Shown piece by piece: positions 26,641 to 38,390 of a DNA stretch of 64,000 bases. The stretch is taken from contig NC_068991.1 in NCBI RefSeq assembly GCF_001194135.2, forward strand, positions 20,847,389 through 20,911,388, read 5' to 3'. The DNA comes from Octopus bimaculoides. Taxonomy: Eukaryota. How positions within the stretch are numbered: position 1 is the stretch's first letter; every line of letters starts with the position of its first letter. A program made the position numbers and the translations under genes. Under the pieces are notes generated by a model. It was not told the origin of the DNA and made no database searches. It worked only from the letters and a program-made list of their open reading frames with translations.

Positions 26641-27660
26641 CAGATATATATATCCCCCTCTCACTCTCTGGGAGAGAGGCACAAGCACATACACAGACAT
26701 ATACACATGCAGCAGTAACTTCTGCCTACCAAATTCAATCACAAAGCTTCTGTTGGCGTCCATATATCTATATATNNNNNNNNNNNNNNNNNNNNNNNNN
26801 NNNNNNNNNNNNNNNNNNNNNNNNNNNNNNNNNNNNNNNNNNNNNNNNNNNNNNNNNNNNNNNNNNNNNNNNNNNNNNNNNNNNNNNNNNNNNNNNNNNN
26901 NNNNNNNNNNNNNNNNNNNNNNNNNNNNNNNNNNNNNNNNNNNNNNNNNNNNNNNNNNNNNNNNNNNNNNNNNNNNNNNNNNNNNNNNNNNNNNNNNNNN
27001 NNNNNNNNNNNNNNNNNNNNNNNNNNNNNNNNNNNNNNNNNNNNNNNNNNNNNNNNNNNNNNNNNNNNNNNNNNNNNNNNNNNNNNNNNNNNNNNNNNNN
27101 NNNNNNNNNNNNNNNNNNNNNNNNNNNNNNNNNNNNNNNNNNNNNNNNNNNNNNNNNNNNNNNNNNNNNNNNNNNNNNNNNNNNNNNNNNNNNNNNNNNN
27201 NNNNNNNNNNNNNNNNNNNNNNNNNNNNNNNNNNNNNNNNNNNNNNNNNNNNNNNNNNNNNNNNNNNNNNNNNNNNNNNNNNNNNNNNNNNNNNNNNNNN
27301 NNNNNNNNNNNNNNNNNNNNNNNNNNNNNNNNNNNNNNNNNNNNNNNNNNNNNNNNNNNNNNNNNNNNNNNNNNNNNNNNNNNNNNNNNNNNNNNNNNNN
27401 NNNNNNNNNNNNNNNNNNNNNNNNNNNNNNNNNNNNNNNNNNNNNNNNNNNNNNNNNNNNNNNNNNNNNNNNNNNNNNNNNNNNNNNNNNNNNNNNNNNN
27501 NNNNNNNNNNNNNNNNNNNNNNNNNNNNNNNNNNNNNNNNNNNNNNNNNNNNNNNNNNNNNNNNNNNNNNNNNNNNNNNNNNNNNNNNNNNNNNNNNNNN
27601 NNNNNNNNNNNNNNNNNNNNNNNNNNNNNNNNNNNNNNNNNNNNNNNNNNNNNNNNNNNN

Positions 27661-27705
<45 letters not shown>

Positions 27706-27754
27706 TATAATAAATCTCTGAGCAAGGTATAAACAGTAGCAGCAAAGTGATTGT

Positions 27755-27799
27755 CACTCGCTGATGACGGGTCAATACCCAGAAACCTGGGTCCGTGTG
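27755..27799 (+). ncRNA. Solo type I hammerhead candidate (different family)
   Basis: CACTCG CTGATGA C GGGT CAAT ACCC A GAAA CCTGG GTC CGTGTG: stem I has 5 of 6 pairs, stem II is GGGU/ACCC, and there is a GUC triplet. Confidence 0.5.
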
Positions 27800-28939
27800 T
27801 ATCACGTCAGGTTGAAGATGGGAAGGATGACTTCCCTTTGGAAATATTGATAGGACACAGAAAGTGTGTTAATAGCCAGCTGTAGAAAATCTGCAGCAAC
27901 AGATTTCAACAGACTCATGCAAACATGGTAAAATGAATATTAAATGATGACAATTATCTCTCACACACATATTTATAATCAAATTTGTGTATTTTATCAA
28001 TCTTTATGAAGTGCAGGAGTGGTTGAGTGGCAAGAAGCTTGCTTCCAGTTTCGGTCCTACTGCATGGCACCTTGGGTAAGTGTCTTCTACTATAACCCTG
28101 GGCAGGCCAAAGCCTTGTGAGTGGATTTGGTAGAAAGAAACTGAAAGAAGCAAGCTGGCAGAAACGTTAGCGCGCCAGGCGAAATGCTTAGCGGCATTTC
28201 GTCTGCCGCTATGTTCAGAGTTCAAATTCTGCCAAGGTCGACTTTGCCTTTCATCCTTTCGGGGTTGATTAAATAAGTACCAGTTATGCACTGGGGTTGA
28301 TATAATCGACTTAATCCCTTTGTCTGTCCTTGTTTGTCCCCTCTGTGTGTAGCCCCTTGTGGGTAGTAAAGAAATAAGAAACTGAAAGAGGCCCATTGTG
28401 TGTGTATGTATATATCTACATTTGTGTGTCTTTGTGTCTGTGTTTGTCCCCCCATCACTTCTTGACAACCGATGTTGGTGTGTTTATGTCCCCAGTAACT
28501 TAGCAGTGACCAATAGCATAAGTACGAGACTTAAAAAAAAAGTTCTGGGGTTGATTCATTTGACTAAAAAATTCAAAGCGGTGCCCCAGCATGGCCGCAG
28601 TCTAATGACTGAAAGAAGTAAAAGATAAAAAAATATATATCTTGTTTACTATCAAAATGTCTCATCATACATTTAAGACGTGGTGAGTGGTAGCGATACT
28701 TCACCGTAAAATAGCATGCTCATGTAACAGAGATCAGGTCATCAATGTTCACAACAAAGGACAATAAGTGTATAATTGCAATGTAAGCAAATTTTATAAA
28801 TATTTAAGAATGTCAAGGAATATAACAAAAATATCAATAAATATTTTAAAACATCAATAATTAGCACAGAAAAGTCAAATATTTTAACTGAAGCAAAACT
28901 AATATCAATGAAGTAAACAAAATTAATATCAATAAACAT

Positions 28940-28974
<35 letters not shown>

Positions 28975-29659
28975 CTGTTTTACTATGCTTGCATGAGTTG
29001 GATAGAATTTCATTGAGGTGGATTTTCTAAAATCGGATTCCTTTTTGTTGCCAACCCTCAACTGTTTCTGAGTAAGATAATATTTTCTCATGACCAGACA
29101 TGTTTTCATGGAAGATCGGGAAGGATACTGCTTGCATGACAGAGATATTCATTTACAGCTATCAGGTGATGTCAAGGCACACACACATGTACGACAAGCT
29201 TGTTTCAGTTTCAGTCAATGAAACCCACTCAGAAGGATTTGGCCAACCTGGAGCTACAGCAGAAAATACTTGCCCAAGGAACCTAAGTGTTGTACAGATC
29301 GGAATGAACCCAGAACCATGAGTTTAAGATGCAAAGTTCTTACCCTACAGCCACATATTATATTTAAATGACTAATAATAATAATACCTGATAGGCCACG
29401 TGGCTTAGTGGTTAGAGTACTTGGCTTATGATCGTAAGTTCATGAGTTCGTTACCCAGCAGCATGTTGTGTCCTTGGGCAAGTTACTTTATTTCACATTG
29501 CTCCAGTCCACTCAGCTGGCAAAAATGGAGCTACAGCAGAAAATACTTGCCCAAGGATCTTCGGTGCCATACAGTGGAATTAAACCCAGAACCATGTGGT
29601 TAGGAAACAAACTTCTTACCACACAGCTACATGTGCACCTTACTATATTTAAATGACTA

Positions 29660-29970
29660 GTAATTATGATACCTGTGAAGAAACACAACTCAATGGATAG
29701 GGTATTCAGCTCTCGATCACAAAGTAATGAGTTCAATACTCAGCAGCACATTGTGTCCTTGGGCAAGACACTTTATTTCATGTTGCTCCAGTCCACTCAG
29801 CTGGCAAAAAAGAGTAGCATTTCAAAGAGCCAGCCTGGTCACAATGTGCCATACTGAATTTCCCTGAGAATGTTAAAGGTACAGGTATCAGTGGAGTGCT
29901 CAGGTATTTGCACATTAATATCACTAGCAGCTTGTTCCAATGATTGGATCGACTGGAATACACATTGTTG
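29660..29970 (+). mobile_element. SINE family C: tRNA head + TTGCTCCAGTCCACTCAGCTGG central domain (Nin/Deu-like, tentative), 3' part shared with family B
   Basis: Related copies at 29390-29520+, 22945-23195-, 56060-56320+. 22215-22530+ shares the head and central domain but has a different tail. Confidence 0.65.
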
Positions 29971-30973
29971 AAGTTGAGAAAGTACCAGTTCTAATAATGA
30001 TACCACATATTGTTGTTGCCACTCCGTCGCTTACGACGTCGAGGATTCCAGTTGATCCGATCAATGGAACAGCCTGCTCGTGAAATTAACGTGCAAGTGG
30101 CTGAGAACTCCACAGACATGTATACCGTTAACGTAGTTCTCGGAGATATTCAGCGTGACACAGAGTGTGACAAGGCTGACCCTTTGAATTACAGGCACAA
30201 CAGAAACAGGAAGTAAGAGTGAGAGAAAGTTGTGGTGAAAGAGTACAGCAGGGCTCGCCACCATCCCCTGCCGGAGCCTCGTGGAGCTGTGAGAAAAAGT
30301 TGTGGTGAAAGAGTACAGCAGGGTTCGCCACCATCCCCTGCCGGAGCCTCGTGGAGCTTTTAGGTGTTTTCGCTCAATAAACACTCACAACGCCCGGTTT
30401 GGGAATCGAAACAACGATCCTATGACCGCGAGTCCGTTGCCCTAACCACTGGGCCATTGCGCCTCCACAATGATACCACAATACTGTGGCTTTAGTTTTG
30501 ACAGCTTGGACACAAGAGTTTCCTGTATAATAAACACAAATATGACAGTGTGTCATGTATGCAATATAGTGAATCGAAGAACTTGATCAACTGGGATTAT
30601 CTATGTGATAAGTAGATAAAAAAAAAAACAGCAACCAAGGGAGATAACTACAATAATCTTAGATGATAGAAATTTGGGGCTAAATTAAAAGATATTACTG
30701 TTGCCCATTATATGACAGGTCACTTTGGAAGTATACTTTTGGCACCATATGGAATATCAGGAAATATGGCAGACACACAATAATTATGACTTGTCTTTTA
30801 TCGAATTTTCGGTGCTTATACAAAATAATGAAATGAATACTAATTTTCAAAAGAAAAATATGCATTTCTCTGTGATTTAGCTCCTCTTCTGCTCCTCTGT
30901 TTGTGATTTATTTTTCTCGCTATGTCTGTGTGTGTCTGTGTGTGTGTGTGTGTGTGAGTGTAGGTCTGAATGC

Positions 30974-31006
<33 letters not shown>

Positions 31007-31892
31007 CGTGTGTTTGTGAGTGGGTGTGTGTGTGGCTGTAGCAGTCCTTTACTCATTGCCTGCAACCAAGCCTAGTATATGCACTCATCCTGCAGCTCTT
31101 ATGTTAACTCCCTCAATATTTCTTTCTCTCTCTCTCCACCCCCTCTCTATACAATGTAAAGCAACATTTTGTCCTTCATCATGATGATCATCAGTTAACA
31201 TCCGTTTTTCTATGCTGGCGTGGGTTGGACAGTGCAGCAGGATCTGACAAGCTGTAGGACTGTGCCAAGCTCCTGTGTCATCTTTGGCATGTTTTCAACA
31301 CTTGGATACTCCTACTAATGCCAACCAGCTTACAGTGTGTAGTTGGTGCTTGGCACTAGTGAGGTCATTAAGTTACAATGGCTATTAATAATTAGGAATG
31401 CCTCATAAAGGTTACTAATTTCTATCATTGGTACAAGGCCAGAAATTCAGCAACAGTCAATTATATCAATGTTAGTACATGACCGATGTTTTATAACATA
31501 ACTGATTTCAGTAGGATTTGAACACAGACCATTCAGATCATCATCAGCATCAACATCATCACCATTTAACATCCCATTTTTCAAACTGGCATATGTTAGA
31601 CAGTTTAACTAGGAGCTTGTGAGCCAGAGGACTGTGCCAAGCTTTAGTGTCTGCTGCAGCCTAGTTTCTATGGCTGGATAATCTTCTTAATGCCAACCAC
31701 TTTACAGAATCGCTGAGTGCTTTTTATGTGGCAACAGGGTCAGCATGTAATTATACTGCAAGGCATTTTTCCCAGTACCCTATAACATCACTGCCAATCC
31801 ACTTCCTTCTGCTGAAGTGTTTTTAATACTGAAACATGTCCATAGAAGAGAATATGACCAAAGACTGCGTGTACTCCATCCCATGCAGCTGT

Positions 31893-33920
31893 GCTTGCTT
31901 ACTTGCTTGCTTAAGGCAGTCCATCTTGACAGATGACGACGTCGTCTTTGATCCTTAGGGGTTGTCTCGATAGTGTTGGCAGGCCCTCTCATGGCTGAAA
32001 AGGCCAATTCTGGAGTCACATGTCTGATTACACTGAGAGCAGTGAAGAGGGTTCCAACAAAGATGAGCTCATCTAGGATTTTGTTGACGTTCCTTGAGCT
32101 GTCTCTGCTTTTCTTCGCGAAGTCTAGTCCACTCATCCTCAAAATGCTGCATAACAGTTTTGACCATACCCTTCCAGGTAGTATGGTCTGTAACCAGTGT
32201 TTCAAGTTCACCAGAGGGGATGTTTCAGAGCTTCAGGGATTTTTGAGATGATCTTTATATCGCTTCTTTGGACCTCTGTGTAGTCGGTTACCCTCTGCTA
32301 ACTCCCCAAAAGGGACAATCTTGGGTATACAGTTTTCCGGCATCCGATAGCATGTCCCACCCAGTGCAGTTGACGTCCGAGGATCATGCATTCCATGCTG
32401 GTCAATTTCGCTCGTCTAAGGATCATCGTATGTGGGATTTTGTCCTTACAGGTCAGATGAAGAATGCACTGGAGACATAGGATATGAAAGGATTCAAGGA
32501 GTTTAACATGATGACGATAAAGTGTCCAGGTTTCTGAGTAGTCTCTGTCCATTAGCATTCATTTTCCCTGTGTCATGAGGTCAGAGGATCCCTTACCAGG
32601 CGGTATTGTCACACCCAACACGGGAGTTGAAGTTACCCATGAGTACGGACTTGTCTGATTGGGAGATGTTTCAAAACGCAATACGCAGAGAATCATAGAA
32701 GGAGTCTTTTATCTCTTCATCAGAGTTGAGAATTGGTCCATAAACACTGAGAATTGTCAGAAAACGTTTATTCGAAAATGAGATTTTGATTGTCATCAGG
32801 CGCTTACTGCTACAGGAGGGTACTCCAGGAATTTTCTGCAATAGGCTGTTCTTGATTGCGAAACAAAACCCATGCAAACAGGGCATCCCAGAGGGATGTC
32901 CTTTCCAGAAAAAGGTGTATCCACCAGCTTCTTCAGTGAGGGAACCCTCATCAGAGAAACGAGTCTCACTGAGTGCAGCAATGTTGACGTTGTAGCACTT
33001 GAGTTCAGTGGCTACAACAGCAGTGTGTCGNNNNNNNNNNNNNNNNNNNNNNNNNNNNNNNNNNNNNNNNNNNNNNNNNNNNNNNNNNNNNNNNNNNNNN
33101 NGGGGGGGGGGGAGTCGAATGTCCAGCTCATCATGTAAAACGTCATAAAGGAGGGTGTGAACATTCCAACATGCAAGGCTGAGGTTTGAGGGTCTTTCTT
33201 TCTTTTTCAATTTTGATGCTTGGTTTTGACCGCATGTTTGGGGACGACTCACTGGGAGCGGTTACCCAGTCGAGCAAGTGAGGACGAGCTTTTTCTGAGC
33301 CACATTTTCTAGGCCCTTCCCCATGTGGGGCAGGCAGTGCTATCCCCGAAAAGGGTTGCCTGGACGCACAAGCAGGACCGAGGTGGCTGTTCATCCACGG
33401 GTCCATCCAACAACAACCATTTTACTCATGCCGCCTACGTGCAAGACTCCAACTAGAGGCTTCCAACTACATCTTAGTCTGCCCCCGTCGCCAGATGATC
33501 CTATTGTTGCAGGACTTGCAGAAAGGGTGAAAGTGAATGAAGGATGAAAGGCGAAGCTTGTGCTTTGAAAAGTTTAGGGTGCCAGAGAGGATGCACAGTT
33601 CTCAGCTGCATGCACTTGACAGAAGGCAAGGGGAGAGGGGGTTAAATGGCAAGAGGAGTCTCGAGATGATTGACCCTTGTCTTCTGCTGCAACGAGCTGC
33701 CGGAGTTGATGGATAAGATCCTATGCTCTGCCTTGGGACCAGCCCATCTGGTCCTGTTCGCAGGCTTCCTGCGGCAAGCTACCAGAACTCCAGTTTATCA
33801 TAGTCCACCTTTATAGCCAGCTTGCAAGGCATCACCCTCATCCGCCTTGACTAGGAACAGAACCGCCGTAGGGGACTTGCAATACCAGAGCCCCGTGAGC
33901 CACATTTTCAAGATTCGGGC
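31893..33920 (-). mobile_element. RTE-clade LINE, internally deleted (5' UTR, APE endonuclease, C-terminus, (AAGC)n tail)
   Basis: ORF 32671-33252 has LACWNVHTL...IAALSETRF..EG.L.E..GGYTFFWKG...ILSVYGP. C-terminal RQLHWVGH and CDSRIGLFSHERAC. Short tandem-repeat tail at about 31893-31910. Confidence 0.9.
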
Positions 33921-34765
33921 TCTAAGTATATATATATATATATATATAAAAGTAAAAATGTACATATGTATACATACAAAAAAACAATAATAATTTTTTT
34001 TTTAAATAAAGAATAAAAAAAGGTGTTATGTGTGAATAAGAATTGCATATAAATAATATTGTATAAAGATAAGTAAAAGATATGCAATTAAAAGGCATAA
34101 AATNNNNNNNNNNNNNNNNNNNNNNNNNNNNNNNNNNNNNNNNNNNNNNNNNNNNNNNNNNNNNNNNNNNNNNNNNNNNNNNNNNNNNNNNNNNNNNNNN
34201 NNNNNNNNNNNNNNNNNNNNNNNNNNNNNNNNNNNNNNNNNNNNNNNNNNNNNNNNNNNNNNNNNNNNNNNNNNNNNNNNNNNNNNNNNNNNNNNNNNNN
34301 NNNNNNNNNNNNNNNNNNNNNNNNNNNNNNNNNNNNNNNNNNNNNNNNNNNNNNNNNNNNNNNAGAGTAAAAATATACATATATACATTTAAAAAAAAAA
34401 AGAAAAGGTATATACATATTTACAGGCATTTTGTTGGATGGCCGTTGGCAATTTAGGAGTTCATCCACCCTTTGTCAGGTCTTATTTTTCATCCTTCAGG
34501 GTGTCCAACAACACCCTCCTCACCAAGCAAGTTTAGTCGTTGACGATCCAACCATGCGACTGGTTGTACTGGATTACACGTTACCAGTAGCACTCAAGAG
34601 CAGCCTGACACATGCAGCTGTAGTAGGTTATACAAAGGCGAAACACGCCGCCCCCTCAAAATATAGGTAGGCAAACATCGCAAAGCTGTGACACGAAGAG
34701 ATATTGATAACATTATTTACATTATTTACATTTGACAGATATTTGTCCTGATCCTGTTTGTTGTT

Positions 34766-34811
34766 AACACAACGTTTCAGCTGATATACCCTCCAGCCTT
34801 CATCAGTTGTC
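34766..34811 (-). ncRNA. Hammerhead motif copy, sense to TRIP11 pre-mRNA
   Basis: Reverse complement reads GACAA CTGATGA A GGCTG...CAGCT GAAACGTT GTGTT. The core is intact, with a mismatch at the stem I closing pair. Confidence 0.65.
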
Positions 34812-35742
34812 TTGGGGAAATTTCAAACCTGGGTTCTCATTCTTAAGGTATTTTTCAATGTTGTTGTTGTTATTATCATTATTATTATTATTATTATTAT
34901 TCAAGTCACTGCCTGGAATCAAACTTGGAATCTTGAGGCTAGTAGCTCATGCTCTTAACCACTATGCCATATGCCCATGGGCAATTATGGAGTGAATTTT
35001 AGGGCTTATAAATCTAATATTTTCCTATCCTTCCTTTTAGTTTTTGTATTTTCCAGTGATGTTCTCTGTCTATTATTTTAACTTCATCCCACAGGGGGAG
35101 GTGATCTCCATTTTTCCATACATGATCAGCTATATCCGATTTATCAATATCTCCTGGTGTCACAGCTTTGCGATGTTCCTCTACCCTTATTTTGAGGGGG
35201 TGGCATGTTTTGTCTTTGTACAACCTACCACAGTTGCATGGGATGGAGTACACGCAGTTTTTGGTCATATTCTCTTCTATTGGTGGTTTTATCCGAAGGA
35301 GATATTTGCAAAGTCTTGTATTACTCTTGAATACTGTCCTGATATCACATGGGCCACATATCTTTTGTATCTTTTCAGAGAGGCCTTTCACATAGGGTAG
35401 ACAGACTGTGGACGGTTTATTGGTTTCATCCTCACTTTTCTTCATAACTGAAGTAGATAGAATGTTTTTTGAGGTGGTTGTTGCTTAATAGATTGTTACT
35501 GAGCTGGATCATTTCTTTGTGGTGGGTATCAAGAAGGCTACTTATATTCTTTGCTCGATGTTTTAGGCTTTTGGTATACGGATGTCCTGAATCCATACTT
35601 GGTGCATGTAATTAATACGTCCAGGAATGCTAGCTGATTGTCTTTTTCCTTTTTCATTGTGAAAAACAACAGCAGCAGCAACAACAACAAAAACATTGAA
35701 AAATACCTTAGGAATGAGAACCCAGGTTTGAAATTTCCCCAA

Positions 35743-35788
35743 GACACCTGATGAAGGCTGGATAGTATATCAGCTGAAATGTTGTGTT
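35743..35788 (+). ncRNA. Hammerhead motif copy, mutated (GAAATGTT)
   Basis: Same unit as 36003-36048, with a CpG-type C>T in helix III and AGCC>AGCT in stem II. Confidence 0.6.
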
Positions 35789-36002
35789 AACAACAAACAA
35801 GATGAGGACAAATATCCGTCAAATGTAAATAATGTACATAATGTACATAAGNNNNNNNNNNNNNNNNNNNNNNNNNNNNNNNNNNNNNNNNNNNNNNNNN
35901 NNNNNNNNNNNNNNNNNNNNNNNNNNNNNNNNNNNNNNNNNNNNGAACAACAACATCAAAAAATACCTTAGGAGTGAGAACCCAGGTTCAAAACTTCCCC
36001 AA

Positions 36003-36048
36003 GACACCTGATGAAGGCTGGAGGGTATATTAGCCGAAACGTTGTGTT
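36003..36048 (+). ncRNA. Minimal type I hammerhead ribozyme motif (intact core)
   Basis: GACAC CTGATGA A GGCT-(12 nt)-AGCC GAAA CGT T GTGTT: stem I GACAC/GTGTT, CUGAUGA and GAAA core, stem II GGCU/AGCC, palindromic ACGU helix III. Predicted cleavage after 36043. Confidence 0.8.
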
Positions 36049-36538
36049 AACAACAAACAAGATGAGGACAAATATCCGTCAAATGTAAATAATGTACATA
36101 ATGTACATAAGTCCTCATCTCTTAAAAATAGAACTGAGATATTGATAAATCGGGTATAGCTGATCATGCATGGAAAAATGGAGACCACTTTCTCCTGTGG
36201 GATGAAGTTAAAATAATAGACAGAGAACACCACTGGAAAATATGAAAAGAAGCAGCACATATGCCAAGACACAACAACCTCCTAAGCAGACAGAGTGCAG
36301 ATATGAACAGCATATGGGAACCGGTATAAAGGAAGGATAAGAGAATATTAGATTTATAAGCCCTAAAATTCACTCCATAATTGCCCATGGGCATATTGCA
36401 TAGTAGTTAAGAGCACTGGGTACTAACCTCAAGATTCTGAGTTTGATCGAAGGCAGTGACCTGAATAATAACAACAATAATAATTATAACATCGAAAAAT
36501 ACCTTAGAAATGAGAACCCAGGTTCGAAATTTCCCAAA

Positions 36539-36567
36539 GACACCTGATGAAGGTGAAACGTTGTGTT
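36539..36567 (+). ncRNA. Hammerhead motif copy with stem II deleted (probably dead)
   Basis: GACAC CTGATGA AGGT GAAACGTT GTGTT. Confidence 0.5.
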
Positions 36568-36724
36568 AACAACAAACAAGATGAGGACAAATATGAGGTC
36601 AAATGTAAATAACGTAAATAATGTCCATTGTTTTCAAAAGTTAGCTTTACAGACCAGATTCACAACAATCTATTTATATTGGCGCTTTAAACCCAATGAT
36701 TTGTATGAATATTCATGTGTTTAC

Positions 36725-36835
36725 CTCTTTGAATTCGAGAACACTCCGATATTCTCTGGAGATAGAATTTATTTGAAGTTCTGAACATTCAGCTTTATCT
36801 TCCAGATCCTTATTTAGTTTCTTCAACCAGTCATT
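36725..36835 (-). CDS. TRIP11: TRIP11 coding exon 3 (NDWLKKLNKDLEDKAECSELQINSISREYRSVLEFKE)
   Basis: Long polypyrimidine tract plus CAG acceptor, donor GAG|GTAAAC, 111 nt, phase 0-0. Aligns to recalled human [37 protein letters not shown]. Too short to appear in the ORF track. Confidence 0.92.
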
Positions 36836-37155
36836 CTGAAAAAGAAAAGAAAAAAAGAAAACAAAAACAAATGATTGTCATAGAAAAAACATTTGGGGTA
36901 CTGAGTTCTTATTTATCCACCATCATCACAACCACCACCTTTGATGCATTGAAGCTATGATCAAAGATGTTTCAGCCATGACTATCCCATCTTTAAGTGT
37001 TTCAGCAACTGATTTCAGGGAGATTTGGTAGCTACTTCTAGCAGATTGGGAAACAACATAAAGGCTCCCTCAGCCTAAATTTTATTAGTCTGGGAATGAT
37101 AGCAATGCCTATGTAGGTTATTTTGTCTATTTTATGCCCTCCTAGACTGGAGTGG

Positions 37156-37530
37156 TGGAGGCGCAATGGCCCAGTGGTTAGGGCAGCGGACTCGCGGTCA
37201 TAGGATCGCGGTTTCGATTCCCACACTGGGTGTTGTGAGTGTTTATTGAGTGAAAACACCTAAAGCTCCACAAGGCTCCGACAGGGGATGGTGGCGAATC
37301 CTGCTGTACTCTTTCACCACAACCTTCTCTTCCTGTTTCTGTTGTGCCTGTATTTCAAAGGGCCAACCTTGTCACACTGTGTCACGCTGAATAACCCCGA
37401 GAACTATGTTAAGGGTACATGTGTCTGTGGAGTGCTCAGCCACTTGCATGCTAATTTCACGAGCAGGCTGTTCCGTTGATCGGATCAACTGGAACCCTCG
37501 ACGTCGTAAGCGACGGAGTGCCAACAACAA
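37156..37530 (+). mobile_element. tRNA-derived SINE family B, full-length, (CAA)n tail, 11-bp TSD
   Basis: A-box TGGCCCAGTGG, B-box GTTTCGATTCC, TSD AGACTGGAGTG. Minus-strand copies: 10881-11204, 21655-22039, 24529-24821, 25590-25983, 30011-30467. Confidence 0.9.
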
Positions 37531-38059
37531 GACTGGAGTGAGAGAAAGGATAGCGACAAGAACTGCTTTAGTCAAGTTTAATTCAGTTGATGTTTCCGTT
37601 AGAACTCCAGCAAGAAGCTATTCAGAAGCTATGCAAGGCAGATCGAGTTTGGTGCACCTCAGAAGAGAAAGAATTAGACAAAACTATTTATTATGGTAGC
37701 AATGGCTGAGTGGGACAGAAAGAACAAGAGGTGAATGTATTGAGTGGGTTTAAAACAGGAAGATATTGTGGAACAGACTGGAAAATTCAAAGTTGCAAGC
37801 ATTCAGATTATCAAGTTAATAACGTTTTATTGTTGATGTTGCAATTCCTTTGAAGTTGAGCTCTGCTCAAATAAACTTTTGACAACATTGGAGTAGCTGA
37901 TTTAACTATCCTCCACATCTTGACGGAGAAAGTAAGGGTTTTGTAAAAGAACAACAATCAAAAAGTTATAACGACAAATAAGTCCAAGCATGGCTGCATG
38001 GTAAGAATTGCTACTAAAACTTTAAAAACTCAAGTGAGGTCCACAGCAGCATATTGTTC

Positions 38060-38390
38060 TCGCATCCAGGATGCCTGCATGCCATAGGCACACAGGCCAT
38101 GCTGTCTCCTTTCTCTGCTTTTGCTACTGATACAATAATGGCCTCTGCTCCATATAACTGCTGGACTTATACCATTTCTACTCAGACATTCCTGACCAAC
38201 TCATCTCTCCACCAAAGCCCGTCCCCTAAAGTGCTGCACCAGACACTACTCCCAGACCTTCCTTTCCATAAGGTCATCCTTCTGGAACTCTCTCTGCTAA
38301 TGTCTTTTCTGTTGTACCCCACAGCTCTCAAAAAGCCTGCACAGACTAGGGGCACTGCCTCTTCCTTCCGATCCAGTAATTAAATTTAAA
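38060..38390 (+). mobile_element. CR1/L2-group LINE 3' fragment
   Basis: Frameshifted AVSFLCFCY.YNNGLCS and SF.IRSS.FWNSL resemble CR1/L2-group C-termini. Confidence 0.5.

Larger units (their letters stand above)
34711..36624. mobile_element. Penelope-like element complex (RT C-terminus + GIY-YIG endonuclease, tandem and inverted pseudo-LTR copies)
   Basis: Minus ORF 35014-35445 has CLPYVKGLSEKI...CVYSIPCNCG...EEH (GIY-YIG type). About 35560-35665 encodes the RT-thumb MKKEKDNQLAFLDVLIT...SVYQKP. A plus-strand second copy of the 3' end lies at about 36143-36624. A roughly 170 nt terminal unit occurs 4 times (34711-, 35680+, 35945+, 36490+). Confidence 0.9.
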
